Shown: positions 9,861 through 19,814 of the stretch, in pieces
How positions within the stretch are numbered: the stretch's first letter is position 1
How the letters are laid out: each line of letters opens with the position of its first letter
Assembly: GCA_049969215.1 (NCBI GenBank)
Contig: JBMFPH010000002.1
Location: 1-53,378, forward strand
DNA from: Anaerolineae bacterium
GTDB taxonomy: Bacteria; Chloroflexota; Anaerolineae; 4572-78; NAK82
Reading direction: 5' to 3'
Length of the DNA stretch: 53,378 nt
Program-made: the position numbers and the translations under genes
Notes under the pieces: model-generated
Databases searched by the model: none
Seen by the model: only the letters and a program-made list of their open reading frames with translations
Told to the model about the DNA's origin: nothing

Positions 9861-9894
9861 ACCAGCCTTCCAGATGAGGAAGGCTGGTTTTTTG
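9861..9894 (+). terminator. intrinsic terminator ending 35 nt before the argC start codon
   Basis: ACCAGCCTTC (9861-9870), 8-nt loop, GAAGGCTGGT (9879-9888), followed by a T-run to 9894. Confidence 0.7.
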
Positions 9895-9929
9895 TATCAG
9901 ATTGAATGAGCTTTGAGTGGAGGAAGGAT

Positions 9930-10946
9930 ATGATCCGTGTGGGGATCTATGGCGCGAGCGGCTACACTGGCCTGGAACTGCTCCGCATCCTGCATCGGCA
10001 TCCCCATGTGCAGCTGGTGTTTGCCACGGCGCAGAGCCATGCCGGCAGCCTGCTGCGCGATGTCTTTCCGGTGCCTTGGGATATTCCGTTGATCGCCGAA
10101 GCGGAGGCGGATTGCAGTAGGGTTGATGCCGTATTCTGCTGCCTTCCGGCGGGCAAGGCAATGGAGACGATCGCTCTGGCACACCACTATCACGTGCGCG
10201 CCATTGATTTTTCCGCCGATTTCCGACTTGCTGACGTGCAAACATATACACAGTGGTACGGCATCCCTCACAGCGCGCCCGAACTGCTGCCACTAGCAGT
10301 CTATGGCCTGCCCGAACTATACCGCGAGCAGATTAGACATGCGTCCATCGTGGCGAACCCTGGCTGTTATCCCACCAGCGTGCTGCTGGCGCTTTATCCC
10401 TTGCTCAAGGAGCAGCTGCTCCTGCCGGATCGCCCCATCATCGTGGACAGCAAGTCGGGAGTGAGCGGTGCCGGTCGCAGCCCGACACTCAAAACCCATT
10501 TCGTCGAGGCGAATGAGAACCTGTCGCCATACAATGTCGGGCGCAAGCATCGCCATCTCCCTGAAATGGAACAGGAGATCACGCGCCTGGGCGGCCCATC
10601 TGGCCAGCTCATTTTCACACCTCACTTGTTGCCGGTAAACCGGGGTATCCTCTCCACCATCTATGTGAGCATACCTGAAACGACCTCTGCGGAGGCGGTA
10701 CATAACCGCTTCTGCGAGGCATACGCTGAGGAACCCTTCATCTGGGTGCTGCCGCCGGGACAGCTGGCTACGCTCGCCCATGCGGTGCACACCAATCGCT
10801 GCGTCCTCTCGCTCACCCAGCCGATGCCGGGGCAGCTCATTATTTGCTCTGCGATCGACAATCTCGTCAAGGGAGCGGCAGGGCAGGCGGTGCAGAACTT
10901 CAACCTGATGTTCGATCTGGAAGAGACAACCGGACTGGTGGCGTGA
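9930..10946 (+). CDS. argC: N-acetyl-gamma-glutamyl-phosphate reductase
   Basis: MIRVGIYGASGYTGLELLRIL NAD-binding N-terminus and active-site ANPGCYPTS. Start moved from 9906 to ATG 9930, preceded by GGAGGAAGG. Confidence 0.9.
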   Translation: MIRVGIYGASGYTGLELLRILHRHPHVQLVFATAQSHAGSLLRDVFPVPWDIPLIAEAEADCSRVDAVFCCLPAGKAMETIALAHHYHVRAIDFSADFRLADVQTYTQWYGIPHSAPELLPLAVYGLPELYREQIRHASIVANPGCYPTSVLLALYPLLKEQLLLPDRPIIVDSKSGVSGAGRSPTLKTHFVEANENLSPYNVGRKHRHLPEMEQEITRLGGPSGQLIFTPHLLPVNRGILSTIYVSIPETTSAEAVHNRFCEAYAEEPFIWVLPPGQLATLAHAVHTNRCVLSLTQPMPGQLIICSAIDNLVKGAAGQAVQNFNLMFDLEETTGLVA

Positions 10947-11710
10947 TGATCCAAGTGCTTAAGATCGGAGGCAACGAGCTGGATGACCCCGCCTTTGTCG
11001 GCCAGTTGGTAGAGGCGGTAAAAGAGCTACCCTCTCCACCTGTGATCGTGCACGGAGGCGGCAAGGAGATCCGTGAGCTTCAGGAAAAGATCGGCATAGA
11101 ACCACGCTATATCGAGGGATTGCGTGTCACCGACGATGCGTCACTGGAAGTAGTGCAAATGGTGCTCTCCGGACGTATCAACAAGCGTCTGGTGGCCGCG
11201 CTAGGGGCAGCGGGCATCGATGCCTTCGGCATGTCCGGCATCGACCGCGCTGCGGTGAAAGCAGAAAAGCTGCATCATCCCGCCGGTGATCTGGGTTGGG
11301 TAGGACGCGTCGTCGCCGTGCGCGGTGAGGTTTTCCTGAATCTGCTGGAAAATGGCATTACCCCAGTGCTCTCACCCGTCTGTTACGGGCCGGATGGCAG
11401 CATATTCAACGTGAATGCAGACCACGTCGCCGAGGCAGTTGCACTGGCACTCCAGGCAGATGCACTGGTCTTCGTCTCCAACGTGCCCGGCGTGCTGGTG
11501 GAGGGGCAGCTGGTCAAACACCTGGAGCCCGCCCAGGCACAAGCATGGATCGCGGATGGCACCATCTCAGGTGGGATGATCCCCAAGGTACGTGCCGCGT
11601 TAGAAGCAATGGCACATGGGGTAAAGGCCGTACGTATTACCAATCTAGAGGGGCTAAAACACCAAGGTGGCACCCTGGTCACCCAGAGCAGCGAGGCAGG
11701 ATCACCATGA
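10946..11710 (+). CDS. argB: acetylglutamate kinase
   Basis: MIQVLKIGGNELDD...VIVHGGG amino-acid-kinase fold. ATG 10946 overlaps the argC stop (TGATG); the track's start at 10844 is an upstream extension. Confidence 0.85.
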   Translation: MIQVLKIGGNELDDPAFVGQLVEAVKELPSPPVIVHGGGKEIRELQEKIGIEPRYIEGLRVTDDASLEVVQMVLSGRINKRLVAALGAAGIDAFGMSGIDRAAVKAEKLHHPAGDLGWVGRVVAVRGEVFLNLLENGITPVLSPVCYGPDGSIFNVNADHVAEAVALALQADALVFVSNVPGVLVEGQLVKHLEPAQAQAWIADGTISGGMIPKVRAALEAMAHGVKAVRITNLEGLKHQGGTLVTQSSEAGSP

Positions 11711-12933
11711 ACGAGACAACGCAACTATCCGTACACGAAGCGATCGCCCTGGAGCGTCAATATGTGCTGCAAACCTATCGACGCCCCGATTTCGTGCTGG
11801 TGCGCGGTGAGGGGGTGCACTTATTCGACGAGAGGGGACGGGCCTATCTGGATGCGGTTGCAGGCATCGCGGTCAACGCGCTGGGCTATGGCGACCCGGA
11901 GATTGTGGCCACCCTGCGCACCGCGGCAGAAGGCTTGATCCACGTCTCGAACCTGTATCACACTGAGCCGCAGGCGCGCCTGGCGCAGGCATTGGTGAAA
12001 TGCTCCTTTGCTGACCGCGTGTTCTTCTGCAACTCGGGCACTGAGGCAATCGAAGCGGCTCTCAAGTTCGCACGCAAGTATGCACGCGAGCGCTATGGCG
12101 CACACAAGACGCACTTCGTCGCATTCACCAACTCCTTTCACGGGCGCACGATGGGAGCGTTGTCCACCACAGCGACTGAAAAATACCGGGCACCCTTCGA
12201 GCCGTTGGTGCCCGGCGTCCGGTTTGTGCCGTTCAACGATCTGCATGCCGCAAAGGAAGCGATCACCGATCAGGTGTGTGGAGTGCTGATAGAGCCGATT
12301 CAGGGAGAGGGCGGCGTCCACCTGGCAACGGCAGAGTTCTTGCAGGGATTACGTGCACTGTGCGCAGAAAGAGGAGCACTGCTCATCTTCGATGAGATCC
12401 AATGTGGATTGGGGCGCAGCGGCACGCTATGGGCACACGAACCTTCGGGCGTGACGCCGGATGTGATGACGTTGGCCAAGCCGTTGGCCGGTGGGCTGCC
12501 CATGGGGGCTGTGCTTATGACTCAGGCCGTCGCGGATGTGATGGTGCCGGGTGACCATGGCAGCACGTTCGCTGCCGGGCCGTTGGTTTGTCAGGTCGCG
12601 CAGGTGGTATTGCGGCGCATCAGCTCCCCGCAATTCCTCGCCGAGGTGCGTGCCAAAGGCGAATACCTGGCTACACGCTTGAATCATCTCATCCGCCCCC
12701 ATTGTCTGGTGCGTGACGTGCGCGGTCGCGGACTGATATGGGGTATTGAATGTAGCGTGGAGGCATCCACGGTGGTCAACGCTGCCTATCGCCATGGTCT
12801 GCTCGTGTGCGCTGCGGGAACGCATGTGGTGCGTCTTTTGCCACCACTGATTATCGCGCGCACTGAGATTGACGAAATGGTGGACAAGCTGGCCGCAACA
12901 CTTGAAAACGTGGCCCAGGAGAACGCAGCATGA
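11707..12933 (+). CDS. argD: acetylornithine aminotransferase (class III PLP aminotransferase)
   Basis: FCNSGTEAIEAALK, FDEIQCGLGRSG and TLAKPLAGGLP (PLP lysine). ATGA overlap with the argB stop at 11707-11710. Confidence 0.85.
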   Translation: MNETTQLSVHEAIALERQYVLQTYRRPDFVLVRGEGVHLFDERGRAYLDAVAGIAVNALGYGDPEIVATLRTAAEGLIHVSNLYHTEPQARLAQALVKCSFADRVFFCNSGTEAIEAALKFARKYARERYGAHKTHFVAFTNSFHGRTMGALSTTATEKYRAPFEPLVPGVRFVPFNDLHAAKEAITDQVCGVLIEPIQGEGGVHLATAEFLQGLRALCAERGALLIFDEIQCGLGRSGTLWAHEPSGVTPDVMTLAKPLAGGLPMGAVLMTQAVADVMVPGDHGSTFAAGPLVCQVAQVVLRRISSPQFLAEVRAKGEYLATRLNHLIRPHCLVRDVRGRGLIWGIECSVEASTVVNAAYRHGLLVCAAGTHVVRLLPPLIIARTEIDEMVDKLAATLENVAQENAA

Positions 12934-13481
12934 ACGAGAATGCGGTTGAGATTGTCCGGGCGAGCGTGCAGGACGTGCCTGCTATCGCTGCACTGGTAGA
13001 ACGCTATGTACGCCGGGGAGAGGTATTGCCACGGTCACCCGCGGAGATCTATCAGTCATTGCGTGAATGGGTGGTGGCGAAGTGTTACAGCGAAGTAGTA
13101 GGCTGTGGGTCGTTAGTCATCCTGTGGGCCGACATGGCCGAGATTCGCTCGCTCATTGTGTTGCCCGAGCTACAGGGGGTAGGCATCGGCCGCCAGCTTG
13201 TCTGCGCCCTGTTGGCCGAAGCTGCTGCTTTAGGAATTCCTCGCGTGATCGCGTTGACGCGCAAGCCAGCATTCTTCGCCAAGCTGGGTTTCGTTGAGGT
13301 GCCGCGTGCCTCGCTGCCGCGCAAGATTTGGAAAGATTGCATCCACTGCACCAAGTTCGCCGGTTGTGACGAGGTGGCAATGGTGTACGAGCTGTCACTC
13401 AAGGTGGACAAGGGCCAAGAGGTTACCACGTGTGAGGCGACCATCGCGCGTGATGCGTCCACAAGTGCGTCTCAACGATAA
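12930..13481 (+). CDS. GNAT family N-acetyltransferase, likely short-form N-acetylglutamate synthase
   Basis: GNAT acetyl-CoA motif LQGVGIGRQL. 183 aa, ATGA-coupled to argD as the last gene of the arg operon. Confidence 0.65.
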   Translation: MNENAVEIVRASVQDVPAIAALVERYVRRGEVLPRSPAEIYQSLREWVVAKCYSEVVGCGSLVILWADMAEIRSLIVLPELQGVGIGRQLVCALLAEAAALGIPRVIALTRKPAFFAKLGFVEVPRASLPRKIWKDCIHCTKFAGCDEVAMVYELSLKVDKGQEVTTCEATIARDASTSASQR

Positions 13482-13547
13482 GGCAGATTTACCGAGGTTC
13501 AGAAATCTCGGTACAGTTCAAAACGGGCCTCACCCCAAACTTTTCCA

Positions 13548-14717
13548 TTATCCACGGGGGAAAAACGGGCGAACCCTTGAGAGCAAATTACCGGGCTGAT
13601 GACTTAAGCTGGCCGGTGTAGGCGCCACATTCTTCACGTCCGTACCGGGGATCACAGGGCGTTCAGCCGGCAACGCAGTCACCGCAATGGCCAACGTTAA
13701 CAGCAAACCAAGCAGCAAAAGGAGCAGGCGATTCTGCCGTAAGGCATCACGCAACGCCGTGCTACCGGTTACTATCGCACCGTTCCGTGAAGAACGCGGT
13801 GGAAACCCCCTTTCTTCTCCGGGGATGTTGCGAGGCGTCCACAGAACACTTGGTATCTCCTCGACACGCTCCAGCAGCTCGGCACGCAGCGCGGCAATGC
13901 CAGGTGGACGATCGTCGGGATGCATCGCCATAGCATGGAGGATGGCGCGCTCAACGTGGGGTGAAATGCTAGGATTGAGCGCGCGGGGTGCAGGGAGCAC
14001 ATCCGGTCTGAGAAAGCGCTGTTTGGCATCCACAGGTGGCTGCCCAGTCAGCAGGTGGTATAGAGTGGCACCAGTGGCATAGATGTCCGAGCGAACATCG
14101 GTATGTCCACTTTCGCCACCGTATTGTTCAAGCGGGGTATACTGCACACTACCGCGACCCTGTAGCACGGTGATGGTGCTCTCATCGTTAGGTGTCATCA
14201 GCTTGACCAAACCGAAGTCCACCAGCTTGATCGTTCCGGCCGGCGTGAGCTTGATATTGGCAGGCTTGATGTCGCGGTGCAACAAAGGTGGCTCCTGGTT
14301 ATGTAGGAATTCAAGAGCATCGAAGAGCTGTTCAGCCCATGCCAACACTTGCTCTTCGGGCAAGAACTCCCCCTTGGCACGTGCCTCTTCGATCAGCTCG
14401 CGCAGGTCGCGCCCTGGAACAAAGTCCATCACCAGGTAGTCACGTTCCCCTTCTGTGAAATAATCGGATACTTTGGGCAGGTTAGGGTGGTCAAGACGTG
14501 CCAGAATGGTTGCTTCGCGGTAGAATTGAGCTTGCAGCTGTTCGCGTCGCTCTAGGTTGGCGCCAGGTTCAGGGATGACCTCCTTGATAGCACACAAACG
14601 GCCCTCTAGTCGCAGATCTTCTGCTTGGTAGATTGCCCCCATGCCTCCCCGACCCACCAGCTGCACGATGCGATACCGTGACCACAGGATGGCACCCGGG
14701 CTGAGCGGTTCAAACAT
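13548..14717 (-). CDS. Hanks-type serine/threonine protein kinase, single-pass membrane
   Basis: G-loop GRGGMGAIY, AIKEV lysine, HRDIKPANIKL, DFGLVK. C-terminal TM LLLLLLGLLLTLAIAVTAL followed by a ~40-aa tail. RBS GAGGAG. Confidence 0.9.
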   Translation of the reverse strand: MFEPLSPGAILWSRYRIVQLVGRGGMGAIYQAEDLRLEGRLCAIKEVIPEPGANLERREQLQAQFYREATILARLDHPNLPKVSDYFTEGERDYLVMDFVPGRDLRELIEEARAKGEFLPEEQVLAWAEQLFDALEFLHNQEPPLLHRDIKPANIKLTPAGTIKLVDFGLVKLMTPNDESTITVLQGRGSVQYTPLEQYGGESGHTDVRSDIYATGATLYHLLTGQPPVDAKQRFLRPDVLPAPRALNPSISPHVERAILHAMAMHPDDRPPGIAALRAELLERVEEIPSVLWTPRNIPGEERGFPPRSSRNGAIVTGSTALRDALRQNRLLLLLLGLLLTLAIAVTALPAERPVIPGTDVKNVAPTPASLSHQPGNLLSRVRPFFPRG

Positions 14718-14875
14718 CTTCTCCTCTCTTTCCGACGGTAACGAGGTAGCAGCCGTCGGTCTCCCCCATATATACTAAGGGTAACCGATAGGATTGTTTC
14801 TGTCAAGGGCCGGGAGTACTTGCGCCAAGAGATCGTTACCAGACGGTGGAGACGATCTTGCGCTATGTGCCATGA

Positions 14876-14884
14876 TGCTATAAT
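14876..14884 (+). promoter_or_regulatory. extended -10 promoter element upstream of the phosphoesterase gene
   Basis: TGcTATAAT at 14876-14884, 35 nt before ATG 14919. No strong -35. Confidence 0.4.
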
Positions 14885-14918
14885 AAATGGACAGGCTGAT
14901 CACTTAAGGAGGCCCATC

Positions 14919-15407
14919 ATGCGCATTGCGATACTGTCCGACATCCATGATAACATCTGGAAGCTGGAAAGCGTGCTTAACCGCGTGCAGGATGCAGATG
15001 CATTAATCTTCTGCGGCGATTTTTGTGCCCCTTTTACGTTAACCCAGCTGGCGCAGGGCTTCAAGGGGCCGGTGCATGTCGTCTGGGGCAACAACGACGG
15101 AGATAAGTGGCTGCTTACACGCAATGCTACCGCGGCCGGCAACGTGATGCTCCACGGTGAACTGGCCGAGCTGGAGCTGGGAGGTCGCCAGCTGGCTGCC
15201 AATCATTATCCTCATATCGCACGCCACCTGGCCGAATCGGGCCGCTATGCTGCCGTGTTCTACGGTCATGATCACACCGCACATATGGAGCAAATTGGCC
15301 AGACACTCTTGCTGAACCCGGGTGAAGTGATGGGACGCTTTGGCAAGAGCACTTTCGCGTGGTATGATACCGAGACTGGCCAGGCTGAAATCGTGGAAGT
15401 GACATAG
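14919..15407 (+). CDS. YfcE/MJ0936-like metallophosphoesterase
   Basis: MRIAILSDIHDN, CGDF, GNNDGD, GHDH metal-ligand motifs. Start moved from 14820 to ATG 14919, preceded by AAGGAGG. Confidence 0.8.
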   Translation: MRIAILSDIHDNIWKLESVLNRVQDADALIFCGDFCAPFTLTQLAQGFKGPVHVVWGNNDGDKWLLTRNATAAGNVMLHGELAELELGGRQLAANHYPHIARHLAESGRYAAVFYGHDHTAHMEQIGQTLLLNPGEVMGRFGKSTFAWYDTETGQAEIVEVT

Positions 15408-15472
15408 AGAGAAAGCCAGCGGTGAACAAGACGGGAGAATCGTGGAAAGGAGAGATCTGCTGAGAGCTCGCA

Positions 15473-18400
15473 ATGCCCAAACGAACCGATCTTCACACCA
15501 TTATGGTGCTCGGTTCCGGCCCCATCGTCATCGGCCAGGGATGTGAGTTCGATTATAGTGGCACGCAGGCGTGTAAGGTACTGCGTGCACATGGGTATCG
15601 CGTCGTGTTGGTCAACTCTAACCCGGCCACCATCATGACCGACCCCGAGTTTGCCGACGCGACCTATGTCGAACCGCTCACCCCCGAGCTATGTGAACAG
15701 ATTATCGCGATCGAACGGCCGGATGCCATCCTGCCCACAGTCGGTGGTCAGACCGGGTTGAACCTGGCGGTAGCGCTGCAAAAACGTGGAGTCTTGGAAA
15801 GTTATGGCGTCGAGCTGATCGGAGCGTCCTCGACAAGCATTGAGTTGGCCGAAGACCGTCGCTTGTTCAAGCAGGCTATGGATGAGATTGGACTGCTTTC
15901 GCCGCAGAGCGAGGTGGTGAGTACGGTTGATGATGCGCTCCGCGTGGCGGAGCAGCTGGGCTACCCCGTATTGATACGTCCGTCGTTTACCCTGGGAGGC
16001 TCCGGAGGGGGTGTTGCCTATAATTCTGCCGAGCTGCGCGAGGTTGCCGAACGCGGTCTCAAGCAGAGCCCCGTCGGTCAGGTGCTCATCGATATGAGCT
16101 TGCTTGGCTGGAAGGAATTTGAGCTGGAGGTAATGCGCGACGCGCGCGGCAACTTTGTGGTAGTCTGTTCGATCGAGAACGTCGACCCCATGGGGGTGCA
16201 CACGGGAGACAGCATCACGGTGGCACCAGCACAAACGCTCACCGACAAAGAGATGCAGCGCCTGCGCGATATGGCACGAGCCGTATTGGACCGTGTGGGG
16301 CTGGCCACAGGTGGTGCCAATGTCCAATTCGCTATTAACCCTGACGATGGACAGGTATATGTCATCGAAATGAATCCGCGCGTGTCGCGTTCATCGGCGC
16401 TGGCAAGCAAGGCGACTGGTTTTCCTATCGCCAAGATCGCTGCATTGTTGGCAGTCGGCTTTACCCTGGACGAGATCGCCAATGATATCACGCGGGTCAC
16501 CCCGGCCAGCTTTGAGCCCTCGCTGGACTATGTGGTGGTCAAGATTCCGCGCTGGGACTTCCGCAAATTTTCCGGGGTAGATGATGTGCTCGGCCCCCAA
16601 ATGAAGGCTGTGGGTGAGGTGATGGCTATCGGGCGCACCTTCCCCGAGGCACTGCAGAAGGCAATCCGTTCGCTGGATATCGGCATTGTCGGATTTGGCT
16701 CAGTTCACCATCCGGATATACCTCTCGAATCGTTGCGTGTGCCCACTGCACAGCGTCTGTTTCATATGGCAACCGCCCTGCTCAAAGGAGCTTCTCCAGA
16801 GGAAGTGGCCGCTACTACTCATTTTGATCTCTGGTTCGTGCGGCAGGCTTCTGAGATCATCCAACTGCAACGAGAATTGGAGGAGCGAAAGCCAAGACTA
16901 GAGGCGCTCACGACAGAGGAGTGGCGTTGCCTCAAACGTCATGGCTTCAGTGATGCCCACTTGGCTACCTTGTTAGGAGTAAGTGAGGCCGCAGTGCGCG
17001 CCCGTCGTAAGACACTCGGTGTGATCCCGGTTTATTATCGCGTGGATACCTGCGCCGCTGAATTCGAAGCGTACACTCCCTATCTCTATTCGACATATGA
17101 AATCGACGACGAGGCTCAGCCAACCGATCGCCCCAAGGTGATCATTCTAGGAGGTGGTCCTAATCGTATCGGGCAGGGCATTGAGTTTGACTATTGTTGT
17201 GTGCACGCCTGCTTCGCCCTGCGCGAAATGGGTTACGAGACAATTATGGTCAACTGCAATCCGGAGACCGTCTCCACGGACTACGATACCGCGGATCGCC
17301 TGTACTTTGAGCCGCTCACCGCTGAGGATGTGCTGAACATTATCGACGAGGAGAAGCCCAAAGGGGTGCTGGTGCAATTTGGAGGACAGACTCCGCTTAA
17401 TATCGCCCGTGCATTGCAGGACGCCGGCGCGCCCATTTGGGGCACCTCGGTGGATACCATCGACCTAGCTGAAGACCGCGAGCGTTTTAATGCGCTCATC
17501 CGTTCCCTGGACATCCCTCAGCCCGAAGGTGGCACTGCGTCGAGCCGTGAGGAAGCTTTGCAAGTGGCCCATCACATCGGCTACCCTGTTCTGGTGCGCC
17601 CCAGCTACGTCCTGGGTGGACGGGGCATGGCATTGGTCTTCGACGATGAGACTTTGCTCAGCTGGCTGGACAAGCACATCATCTGGGATGAACACCCCGT
17701 TTTGATTGATCGGTTTCTGGATGATGCGTTTGAGGTGGACGTGGATGCCTTATGCGATGGCCAGCGTGTCACCATCGGGGGAATTATGCAGCACATCGAG
17801 GAGGCTGGCATCCACAGCGGCGATTCAGCGTGTGTATTGCCACCCTACAAGATCAGCATGTATCACATCGAGATCATCCGCGAGTATACACACCGCATCG
17901 GCAAGGCATTACAAGTGAAAGGCTTGTTCAATGTTCAGTACGCTATCAAGGATGAAATTGTCTACGTGTTGGAGGTCAATCCGCGCGCGAGCCGCACGGT
18001 GCCCTTTGTAAGCAAGGCGACCGGACATCCTCTGGCCCGCTACGCCACGCAGATTGCAGCAGGCAAGACACTCGCTGAGATCGGCTTCCTCAATGAGCCA
18101 CGCGTGGACGGCTTCTTCGTTAAAGAAGCTGTATTGCCCTTCCAGAAATTCCCCGGCGTGGACGCCCGGCTGGGCCCGGAGATGCGTTCAACCGGCGAGG
18201 TAATGGGGCATGCCTCGCGCTTCGGTCATGCATTTGCCAAAGCGCAGATGGCAGCCGGCGTTCCCTTGCCCACCGAAGGCACCGTGCTGATCTCGGTCAA
18301 TCAGTTCGACAAAGGCGCTGTGCTCAAGATTGCCCGCGATCTGCATCAGCTGGGGTTCAAGATTCTGGCCACGTCTGGTACGGCGCAGTGGTTACAGGCT

Positions 18401-18700
18401 GTCGGATTGCCGGTAACCGTGATCAACAAAGTGAGCCAGGGCTCACCGCATATCCTGGATGCCATTCGAGCGGGACAGATCGACCTGATCATCAACACCC
18501 CACGCGGTGGCCAGGCGCACTATGACGGTAGTCTCATTCGCGGTGCCGCCCACATGATGGGTATTCCCATTGTCACCACCTTGAGTGCGGCAGCCGCCAC
18601 GGTGCAGGGTATCCGTGCGCTACGCGAGAAACCATTGCGCGTGTGCAGTCTGCAAACACACTATGCCGCGGCGCGACCGAAAGAAGAGGCAATGCACTAG
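15473..18700 (+). CDS. carB: carbamoyl-phosphate synthase large subunit
   Basis: 1075 aa. [30 protein letters not shown] and the duplicated [21 protein letters not shown] mark two ATP-grasp halves; MGS-like C-terminus. Confidence 0.95.
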   Translation: MPKRTDLHTIMVLGSGPIVIGQGCEFDYSGTQACKVLRAHGYRVVLVNSNPATIMTDPEFADATYVEPLTPELCEQIIAIERPDAILPTVGGQTGLNLAVALQKRGVLESYGVELIGASSTSIELAEDRRLFKQAMDEIGLLSPQSEVVSTVDDALRVAEQLGYPVLIRPSFTLGGSGGGVAYNSAELREVAERGLKQSPVGQVLIDMSLLGWKEFELEVMRDARGNFVVVCSIENVDPMGVHTGDSITVAPAQTLTDKEMQRLRDMARAVLDRVGLATGGANVQFAINPDDGQVYVIEMNPRVSRSSALASKATGFPIAKIAALLAVGFTLDEIANDITRVTPASFEPSLDYVVVKIPRWDFRKFSGVDDVLGPQMKAVGEVMAIGRTFPEALQKAIRSLDIGIVGFGSVHHPDIPLESLRVPTAQRLFHMATALLKGASPEEVAATTHFDLWFVRQASEIIQLQRELEERKPRLEALTTEEWRCLKRHGFSDAHLATLLGVSEAAVRARRKTLGVIPVYYRVDTCAAEFEAYTPYLYSTYEIDDEAQPTDRPKVIILGGGPNRIGQGIEFDYCCVHACFALREMGYETIMVNCNPETVSTDYDTADRLYFEPLTAEDVLNIIDEEKPKGVLVQFGGQTPLNIARALQDAGAPIWGTSVDTIDLAEDRERFNALIRSLDIPQPEGGTASSREEALQVAHHIGYPVLVRPSYVLGGRGMALVFDDETLLSWLDKHIIWDEHPVLIDRFLDDAFEVDVDALCDGQRVTIGGIMQHIEEAGIHSGDSACVLPPYKISMYHIEIIREYTHRIGKALQVKGLFNVQYAIKDEIVYVLEVNPRASRTVPFVSKATGHPLARYATQIAAGKTLAEIGFLNEPRVDGFFVKEAVLPFQKFPGVDARLGPEMRSTGEVMGHASRFGHAFAKAQMAAGVPLPTEGTVLISVNQFDKGAVLKIARDLHQLGFKILATSGTAQWLQAVGLPVTVINKVSQGSPHILDAIRAGQIDLIINTPRGGQAHYDGSLIRGAAHMMGIPIVTTLSAAAATVQGIRALREKPLRVCSLQTHYAAARPKEEAMH

Positions 18701-18755
18701 ATCACCTCTGCTCTACCCAAAGTGGCGTCTAATCCCTGGAGGTTATAATTGCACC

Positions 18756-19274
18756 ATGGATGTCCTAGAGGCAATTTTCACTCGACGTAGTATCCGCCGT
18801 TTTGAGAATCGACCAGTGCCCCTGGAAATGGTCGAGCAGCTGCTAAAAGCGGCGATGTATGCGCCTTCGGCGCGCAACACCCAGTCGTGGCACTTCATCG
18901 TCATCACCGATCGCCAGCTACTGGACGCTGTGCCCACATTTCATCCCTACGCGGCGATGATTCGAGAAGCTCCGCTGGCCATTCTGGTGTGTGGTGACGA
19001 ACAATTAGAGCCGCGCACCGCTTACTGGGTGGAAAATTGCTCGGCCGCCACTCAGAACATCTTGTTGGCCGCTCATGGCCTGGGGCTGGGGGCAGTCTGG
19101 CTAGGCATCTATCCCAATTCGGATCGCGTAGAGGGCATGCGCCGCCTGATCGGGGACCTGCCTTCCCACGTGATCCCTATGGCTTTGGTAGTCGTCGGCT
19201 ATCCGGCTGAAAAGCCCGCTCAGCCGGAGCGTTACCATCCCGAGCGCATACACTATAACCATTGGAGGACATGA
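18756..19274 (+). CDS. nitroreductase family protein
   Basis: MDVLEAIFTRRSIRRF...APSARNTQSWHF. Start moved from 18585 (which overlaps carB) to ATG 18756, preceded by CTGGAGG. Confidence 0.8.
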   Translation: MDVLEAIFTRRSIRRFENRPVPLEMVEQLLKAAMYAPSARNTQSWHFIVITDRQLLDAVPTFHPYAAMIREAPLAILVCGDEQLEPRTAYWVENCSAATQNILLAAHGLGLGAVWLGIYPNSDRVEGMRRLIGDLPSHVIPMALVVVGYPAEKPAQPERYHPERIHYNHWRT

Positions 19275-19636
19275 TGCGAGAGCCAACCCCCAAGGTTGTC
19301 CATTACACGCAAGTGCCGGCACAAACCTATGGTGATGAAGCGCCCGGTGTCACGATCCGCTGGCTGATCGATGAGGAACACGATGGTGCGCCAGTGTACG
19401 CCTTGCGCTTGATCGAAGTCGCGCCGGGGGGACATACCCCACGCCACACCCATCCCTTTGAGCACGAAAACTTCGTCGTGGAAGGACAAGGGCGTGTGCT
19501 GATTGGCACGCGGTGGTACTCGTTACGTGAGGGGGACGTCGCCTTCGTGCCCGGCGGGATTGAGCATACCTACGAAAACACAGGCGATAGACCCTTCAAG
19601 GTCTTGTGTGGCATCCCTGTGTCACGATTGCGATGA
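19274..19636 (+). CDS. cupin domain protein
   Basis: Cupin motifs GGHTPRHTHPFEHENFVVEG and GDVAFVPGGIEHTYEN. ATG at 19271 or 19274 after GGAGG (19264-19268), overlapping the nitroreductase stop. Confidence 0.7.
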   Translation: MREPTPKVVHYTQVPAQTYGDEAPGVTIRWLIDEEHDGAPVYALRLIEVAPGGHTPRHTHPFEHENFVVEGQGRVLIGTRWYSLREGDVAFVPGGIEHTYENTGDRPFKVLCGIPVSRLR

Positions 19637-19814
19637 GCACCCTCTTGCTAGAACTGCGGTGAACGGGACAGGTTCCTACCCCTATCTCCTTCATCGAGTT
19701 TTACATTGTTGCAGGAAGCTACCCCACCGTAGGTGTCCTGGTAGGGGCATGCACAGAGCAGGTACATCGTGCAAAATGCAAAGCTACACTATACCCCTGC
19801 ATTGTGATCTCGCT

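Noticed and set aside
13490-13513. Hairpin TACCGAG-N10-CTCGGTA between the convergent GNAT and kinase genes, as a bidirectional terminator
   Set aside because: The stem is 7 bp with a 10-nt loop and has no U-tract on either strand. This is too weak to call.
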